Part shown: piece by piece, positions 6,726 through 11,852 of the stretch
How the letters are laid out: each line of letters begins with the position of its first letter
Position numbering within the stretch: the first letter of the stretch is position 1
NCBI GenBank assembly: GCA_964454175.1
Contig: CAYVSA010000033.1
Span: forward strand, 9,417-21,268
DNA length: 11,852 nt
Source of the DNA: an uncultured Pseudomonadota bacterium
GTDB taxonomy: Bacteria; BMS3Abin14
Direction: 5' to 3'
Program-made: the position numbers and the translations under genes
The notes under the pieces: model-generated
The model's input: the letters and a program-made list of their open reading frames with translations, nothing else
Database searches by the model: none
What the model was told of the DNA's origin: nothing

Positions 6726-7808
6726 CTATGCTTCAAGGAGATCAAAGAGCCTGATCTCTCCAAGCAGCCTGCCGGCATCGTCAAGAACCGCCGTAGTCCC
6801 GGTCCCCGCCTGAACCATCCTGGAGAGGGCTTCCCTGGCAGTCGAGTCCCCCCTTACCGCAAAATTGCCGGGATCCACCCTGACTGTTGAATCGGCCAGA
6901 CTTGCAGATGATGATTCGTGGGCTTTCATATCAACCCATCCAAGGAGTCTGCCCTCCTTATCTGTCACCCACAGAAATTTGTCCGGACCCAGTATCCTGA
7001 CAGCACTTGCCGGGTCGTGGTCTTCTTTGATGGAAGATGCCGGCCTCATGAGATCCTGTACGGGAAGCCTGGCCAGGCGTTTGAGTGCCCTGTCGGCACC
7101 GATGAACTCCAGCACGAATTTGTCCCTGGGGTGGGTGAGAATATTCTCCGGTGTGTCGTACTGCACTTTCTGGCCATCTTTCATGATGAGTATCCGCGAC
7201 GCGAGCCTGATCGCCTCGTCGATATCGTGAGTGACAAAAACGATAGTCTTCTTCAGGACCCTCTGGATCCTGGCGAAACTACTCTGCAGGGATTCTCGGG
7301 TTATTGGGTCAAGCGCACCGAAAGGTTCATCCATTAGAAGTATTGAGGGATCAGCAGCCAGAGCACGGGCTACGCCCACTCTCTGCGCTTCGCCGCCAGA
7401 CAGTTCGTGAGGGAATTTGTCTCTGTAGGAGGAAGGGTCCAGTCCGAGGAGATCGAGGAGTTCAGACACTCGGGCGCTGGACCTGCCGGTCTCCCACTTA
7501 AGAAGCTGAGGAACCACGGATATATTCTTTGCCACGGTCATGTGGGGGAACAGACCAACGCTTTGAATGGCGTAGCCAATATTCCGCCGGAGTACCTCAG
7601 CCGGGTAATCCCTGATATCGGTATTGTTAATAAGAAGGTTTCCCGAAGTGGCTTCGATAAGCCTGTTTATCATTCGCAAGGTGGTCGATTTACCGCACCC
7701 GGAGGGACCGATCAGCACACAGAATTCACCATCCTCAACCGTAAACGAAAGATCCTTAACGGCTACCGTGGCCGGATAGGTTTTAGTAACGTTTACCAGT
7801 TCGATCAT
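6726..7808 (-). CDS. yehX: Osmoprotectant ABC transporter ATP-binding subunit with C-terminal CBS-like pair (YehX/OpuCA-like)
   Basis: Walker A GPSGCGKS, Q-loop YAIQSVGLFPH, signature LSGGEAQR, Walker B LLMDEPFGALD, H-loop FVTHD. C-terminal LWVTDKEGRLLG and AVLDDAGRLLG are CBS-type. 4-bp ATGA overlap with the upstream permease. Confidence 0.93.
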   Translation of the reverse strand: MIELVNVTKTYPATVAVKDLSFTVEDGEFCVLIGPSGCGKSTTLRMINRLIEATSGNLLINNTDIRDYPAEVLRRNIGYAIQSVGLFPHMTVAKNISVVPQLLKWETGRSSARVSELLDLLGLDPSSYRDKFPHELSGGEAQRVGVARALAADPSILLMDEPFGALDPITRESLQSSFARIQRVLKKTIVFVTHDIDEAIRLASRILIMKDGQKVQYDTPENILTHPRDKFVLEFIGADRALKRLARLPVQDLMRPASSIKEDHDPASAVRILGPDKFLWVTDKEGRLLGWVDMKAHESSSASLADSTVRVDPGNFAVRGDSTAREALSRMVQAGTGTTAVLDDAGRLLGEIRLFDLLEA

Positions 7809-8998
7809 CTGATACCCTCCGGCCGCAGCACCGTGATCATCCAGTTCGCCAGTGCATCTGCCGCGACTGCGAGGAGAATGGTGGGAACGGCTCCCAGGAG
7901 GATAAGATCGACCGCAGCCTGTCCCAGTCCCTGGAAAATGAAGACACCGAAGCCTCCGGCACCGATCAGGGCTGCAACGGCGGTAAGACCCATGGCCTGG
8001 ACGGCAGCGACCCGGATCCCGTTGAGAATCACGGGGGAAGCTATGGGTATTTCCACCCTCAGCATAAGCTGGGCCCTGGTCATACCCATGCCCCTGCCTG
8101 CATCGAGTAATGCAGGTTCAACGGTTGCGAAAGCGGCGTAGGTGTTTCTGGCAACAGGAAGTATCGAATACAGGGTCAGAGCAATAAATGCCGGCGCCCA
8201 GCCGATCCCCTGGATTCCCATGTCCCTTAATAGAGAGTACCTTGCTGAAAGGTATGCGAGGGGCGCAATGAGGATGCCGAAGAGGGCAAGGCTGGGGATC
8301 GTCTGGAGGATGTTGAGAGTAAAGAAAGTAGGTGCGTTCAGCTTTTTTATCTTCAAGGCTGCTATCCCCAAAGGGATACCCACCAGTGTTGCCGCTCCCA
8401 CCGATGCAAATGCGAGTGTAATGTGAACCCTCAACTCATCAAAAAAACGGTCTTTACGGTTGAAGTACTCTTTCATGATCGACAGGTCATCCAGCTGGCC
8501 CGAGAGGAAAAGTAAAATGCATGCAGCAGCAGCAGCGCCGCAGATCGAGGCGACGGCCCGCCTCCTCCTGCCGGATTGCTGGACGGCGTTGAGCATCAGC
8601 ACGGCCTCGGCGAAAAGCATCGACCATGACCCAGCACCCGGGGAGACCCTCGAAATAGGGCCGTGTTCCACGGATGCCGCGGTCGCGAAACTGCCGGAAA
8701 GATAAAAGGTGATAATTAGGAGGGCCCCTGCGAACAAAGCCGTCAGGATTGACCTGTACTCAGGATCTAATGTTGAAATGGACAGCAGGACGATAACGGT
8801 CCATAAACCCAGAACGAGCATGAACGAAGGGGCCGTGACCGCTGAGGCGAGGGTTAAGACCTCGCCAGCGGCAATGCGGTTGGGTCTCAGCGTTATAAAA
8901 CCGGTAGCAAGGGCCGACAATAACCCAGCAGCACCCGCAGCCAGGGCGACACGGTCGATCTTGTCAAGGCGTATCGATGTGGCACGACCGCGTCCCAA
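7805..8998 (-). CDS. yehY: Osmoprotectant ABC transporter permease with extended N-terminal membrane region (YehY-like)
   Basis: PNRIAAG, RVSPGAGSW, LSIMKEY, QTIPSLALFG, DAGRGMGMT. TTG start preceded by GGAGG on the minus strand. Confidence 0.9.
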   Translation of the reverse strand: MGRGRATSIRLDKIDRVALAAGAAGLLSALATGFITLRPNRIAAGEVLTLASAVTAPSFMLVLGLWTVIVLLSISTLDPEYRSILTALFAGALLIITFYLSGSFATAASVEHGPISRVSPGAGSWSMLFAEAVLMLNAVQQSGRRRRAVASICGAAAAACILLFLSGQLDDLSIMKEYFNRKDRFFDELRVHITLAFASVGAATLVGIPLGIAALKIKKLNAPTFFTLNILQTIPSLALFGILIAPLAYLSARYSLLRDMGIQGIGWAPAFIALTLYSILPVARNTYAAFATVEPALLDAGRGMGMTRAQLMLRVEIPIASPVILNGIRVAAVQAMGLTAVAALIGAGGFGVFIFQGLGQAAVDLILLGAVPTILLAVAADALANWMITVLRPEGIR

Positions 8999-9090
8999 CT
9001 ATTTCCTCCCATTTCGAGGCTGAAGACAAAAGACAAAAGGGGTCAGAGACAGCGGGAAAAGGGCAGGGGTCACTGATCCTGATAAGAGAT

Positions 9091-10020
9091 CTATTTGATG
9101 AAACCTTTTGACTTCAGGTAATTCCTGGCCACCTCCCTGGCATCTTTTCCCTCAACGGCGATGGAAGCGTTCAGGGTCTGAAGCGTTACCAGGTCGAGAG
9201 AACTGAATACCGGCTTAAGAATACCTTCAATTTCAGGATGCCTGCCAAGGATCTCGGCCCTGATGATAGGGGCAGGTTCGTAGACCGGCTGGACTCCCTT
9301 TGTGTCCTCCAGTATAACCAGTCCCAACGCGGCAAGCTGTCCGTCAGTGCCGTATGCCATCGCAAAATTGACACCGTTTATCCCCTGAGCCGCTGCTTTT
9401 TCTGTTTGTGCGGTATTCCCGCCGGACAAGGTCAGGAGCTGGTCCTTACGAAGGGAAAATCCATAGGTCTTCTGGAAGGCCGGTAGAGCTGCAGCGCTGG
9501 TGACAAATTCTTCCGAACCAGCCAGTTTGACCTGGCCACCCCTGTTGATAAAGGCGGCAAAATCCTCTAAAGACTTGATATTTTCTTTTTTGGCCAGATC
9601 CTTACGGACGCAAATAGCCCATGTGTTATTGGCAGGAGCTGGTGTCAGCCATACAATGTCATTTTTCTCGCGGTCGAGCTCCTTTACTTTCATGTAGCCC
9701 TTCTTCGCATCCTTCCAGACAGGCTGGTCGGAAATACCGAAAAAGAATCCGCCGTTTCCCGTGTATTCAGGGTAAATATCGATCTGGCCGGAGGTAATGG
9801 CCTTGCGGACCATGGGCGTGGGCCCGAACTCCGTCCTGTCAACGGCCTTGAATCCGTTTTCCTCAAGCATAATAACGATCATTTTGCCCAGGAGAGCGCC
9901 CTCAGTGTCGATCTTCGAAGCCACCACTACCGGACCCTTGGCCGCTGCCTGAGAAGGAACGTTGGTCACGGGTAAAACTGCCAGCATGAGCAGCAGAGTA
10001 GTCAGTATCGATTTTCTCAT
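9091..10020 (-). CDS. osmF: Glycine betaine/osmoprotectant ABC transporter periplasmic binding protein (OsmF/YehZ; 309 aa)
   Basis: Signal peptide MRKSILTTLLLMLAVLPVTNVPSQA, then VVVASKIDTEG, IDIYPEYTG, PANNTWAI, MAYGTDG, VQPVYEPAP. RBS AGGGAG precedes ATG 10020, preferred over GTG 10059. Confidence 0.92.
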   Translation of the reverse strand: MRKSILTTLLLMLAVLPVTNVPSQAAAKGPVVVASKIDTEGALLGKMIVIMLEENGFKAVDRTEFGPTPMVRKAITSGQIDIYPEYTGNGGFFFGISDQPVWKDAKKGYMKVKELDREKNDIVWLTPAPANNTWAICVRKDLAKKENIKSLEDFAAFINRGGQVKLAGSEEFVTSAAALPAFQKTYGFSLRKDQLLTLSGGNTAQTEKAAAQGINGVNFAMAYGTDGQLAALGLVILEDTKGVQPVYEPAPIIRAEILGRHPEIEGILKPVFSSLDLVTLQTLNASIAVEGKDAREVARNYLKSKGFIK

Positions 10021-10093
10021 CTTTTTCTCCCTTCCTTGCTGATCTTCTGTTATCCGCACACTTACCTGCTGCGGGTCGATCTGCGATTAATAA

Positions 10094-10099
10094 ATTATA
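10094..10099 (-). promoter_or_regulatory. Candidate -10 element for the ABC operon
   Basis: Perfect TATAAT on the minus strand about 75 bp upstream of osmF. No convincing -35 at 16-18 bp spacing. Confidence 0.35.
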
Positions 10100-10136
10100 C
10101 AGTCAGGAAAATATAGTCACGTTACGTTCAAATGGG

Positions 10137-10748
10137 TCATTCTCTGCCAAGGAGTCCCTTTTTAAGGTTCACGTCGAAGGGTTTGTCCCCGAACCAGACT
10201 CTGAAAAGGGCCATCATGAAGTCAGGGCCGGGGATCGTCTCCTTCTTTTTACCTGCAATAGCGATCGTTGTGCCTGTGCCAGGTACATAAGTGTAGACGA
10301 ACTCGTCACCCGCGAGGGCCGGATCGGTAAACATGTTGAGGAACTGGTCAATGCGCCTATTCAGACTTTCAGACCTTTTGGGAGTGTTTTCCTCGATCTT
10401 TTCGGCGTATTCATTTTTCAGTTTCCTGGCACTGATCTTCTTGTAAATGAAGTGAACAATCATTCCCTTGGCTTGCTCTGACCCTATGACCCGGGCTGGA
10501 TCGCTGGTGGCCGATTCCATGTACAGCCCCGAGACGTAAGCCTTGATCTTGAAAATAGTCGCTTCCCTGAGCCCCATGCCCACCAGCTGACAGTCTTTGC
10601 CGCCAATATTCATGGAATCGGGCAAGGTTACACCCGCAAGCCCCCCCGCCAGAGCGGGGGTCAGAGCAAACCCGACAACAAATAAGATACAAGCGATTGT
10701 TACGGATATTAACTGCCGGTTTAGCAAATTAACTGCAAACCTGATCAT
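10137..10748 (-). CDS. Secreted chalcone-isomerase-fold (putative fatty-acid/lipid-binding) protein
   Basis: Signal peptide ending ALA, then AGVTLPD...LVGMGLRE..IFKIKAYVSGLY and GPDFMMALFRVWFGDKP..LKKGLLG, typical of bacterial Chalcone_3-type proteins. RBS AGGAGG before ATG. Confidence 0.85.
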   Translation of the reverse strand: MIRFAVNLLNRQLISVTIACILFVVGFALTPALAGGLAGVTLPDSMNIGGKDCQLVGMGLREATIFKIKAYVSGLYMESATSDPARVIGSEQAKGMIVHFIYKKISARKLKNEYAEKIEENTPKRSESLNRRIDQFLNMFTDPALAGDEFVYTYVPGTGTTIAIAGKKKETIPGPDFMMALFRVWFGDKPFDVNLKKGLLGRE

Positions 10749-10778
10749 TTTTCCCTCCTGTCCCTGAGGTACTTCGAA

Positions 10779-11564
10779 TTAACGTTTTTCGATAGCTTTC
10801 GCCTTGTTCCATAGGTCCTCCATCTCATCCAGGCTCATCTCCTTCAGCGAGCGATCGGCCCCGGCAGCATCCTCTTCCATTGATGTGAATCGGTTTCTGA
10901 ATTTTTCGATGGATATTTCCAAAGCCTCTTCAGGGTGGACTTTCAGGAATCTTGCCAGGTTCACAACCATGAAAAAGAGGTCTCCAATTTCCTCCACCAG
11001 GTTTTCTCTGTTGTCAGTCTCTAAAGCTTCTCTGATTTCATTCGTTTCTTCATCGATTTTCTCCAGAAGGTCCTCAGGTCGTTCCCAGTCGAACCCCATG
11101 CCAACGGCTTTTTCCTGGAGCCTGAGTGCTCTGTGAAGAACCGGTGTGTATAAGGAGCGGCCAAATCCAGTTTTGCCCTCCTTCTCCATCTTTATCCTCT
11201 CCCAGTGTTGGGCGGCTTCCTGCCCGGTGTTGGCAGACTCTTTCCCAAAGACGTGGGGGTGGCGAAGGATCAGCTTTTCACAGATACCTTCGGCTACGTC
11301 ATCGAAGTTGAAACTTTGATTTTCACTGGCGACCTGGCTCTGGAATACTACCTGGAGCAACAAGTCACCCAGTTCTTCCCTTATGGCAGAGCTGTCTCCG
11401 CTATCAATGGCCTCCACCAATTCATGAGCCTCTTCGAGGATGTAGGGCCTGAGGGACACGGGGGTTTGGTCCTTGTCCCAGGGACAACCTCCAGGCCCCC
11501 TCAGTTGCTCCATTAAATCAAGCAGTTTCTGGATAGAGGTCGCTGGCTCCAGTTTTTCCGTCAA
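10779..11564 (-). CDS. mazG: Nucleoside triphosphate pyrophosphohydrolase MazG (two-domain)
   Basis: LRGPGGCPWD, EEAHE, EELGDLLLQVVF, KLILRHPHVF, WERIK, GFDW, EEIGDLFF. TTG start with GGAGG RBS. Confidence 0.96.
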   Translation of the reverse strand: MTEKLEPATSIQKLLDLMEQLRGPGGCPWDKDQTPVSLRPYILEEAHELVEAIDSGDSSAIREELGDLLLQVVFQSQVASENQSFNFDDVAEGICEKLILRHPHVFGKESANTGQEAAQHWERIKMEKEGKTGFGRSLYTPVLHRALRLQEKAVGMGFDWERPEDLLEKIDEETNEIREALETDNRENLVEEIGDLFFMVVNLARFLKVHPEEALEISIEKFRNRFTSMEEDAAGADRSLKEMSLDEMEDLWNKAKAIEKR

Positions 11565-11591
11565 GTAATCCTCCCAAGGGGTTTCAGGTAA

Positions 11592-11620
11592 AGTATAACC
11601 AAATAATCCCGCAGTTTAAA
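11592..11620 (-). promoter_or_regulatory. Candidate sigma70 promoter for mazG
   Basis: On the minus strand: TTTAAA (11620-11615), 17-bp spacer, TATACT (11597-11592), just upstream of the RBS. Confidence 0.4.
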
Positions 11621-11852
11621 GCTGCAGCTTTCCCAGGGGTCAGAGTAATTCTCGGAATAACAAATCAAAGTTCACCAGCAAGTCCCAGATAATCGTGATC
11701 GATGGTTTGATTACCCATTTTTTAAAGTGTGTCAGGCGACATTTACTGACCGGGTGGGCTTTGCTGTGCGGGACAGTTATCAGGAGCGGGATTCTTTGCG
11801 CACCTGTCCACTGTCTATCGGAAATTTACAAGAAAGGTAGATTCAGTTTCAG

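Noticed and set aside
7407-8141. 244-aa plus-strand ORF, and the other plus-strand ORFs between 5945 and 11516
   Set aside because: Antisense to well-supported ABC transporter and mazG genes, with no domain signatures.
10779-11564. mazG as part of a toxin-antitoxin or anti-phage locus
   Set aside because: It is the ordinary two-domain housekeeping type, with no mazEF or defence genes adjacent in the window.

Overview
Gene-dense bacterial chromosomal segment with 11 credible CDS. I found no RNA genes, CRISPR array or transposase. Plus strand: a J-domain (HPD) protein with four tandem 24-aa MshEN-like repeats; a cytoplasmic DUF885-type zinc metallopeptidase; an ATP-grasp amide ligase whose motif order suggests an unusual circular permutation (ExN motif at residues 11-13, the Asp strand that normally precedes it at the extreme C-terminus); a translationally coupled class I SAM methyltransferase; and a stand-alone fabH with its own candidate promoter. 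Minus strand: mazG, a secreted chalcone-isomerase-fold protein, and a complete yehZYXW/osmF-type osmoprotectant ABC importer that converges on and overlaps fabH by 11 bp. The best candidate for an undescribed system is the peptidase + permuted ATP-grasp ligase + methyltransferase trio, which may make and recycle a methylated small peptide, possibly an osmolyte given the adjacent importer. The J-domain/MshEN fusion is a second candidate (c-di-GMP-linked Hsp70 co-chaperone). All family calls come from reading motifs by eye; no database search was run.
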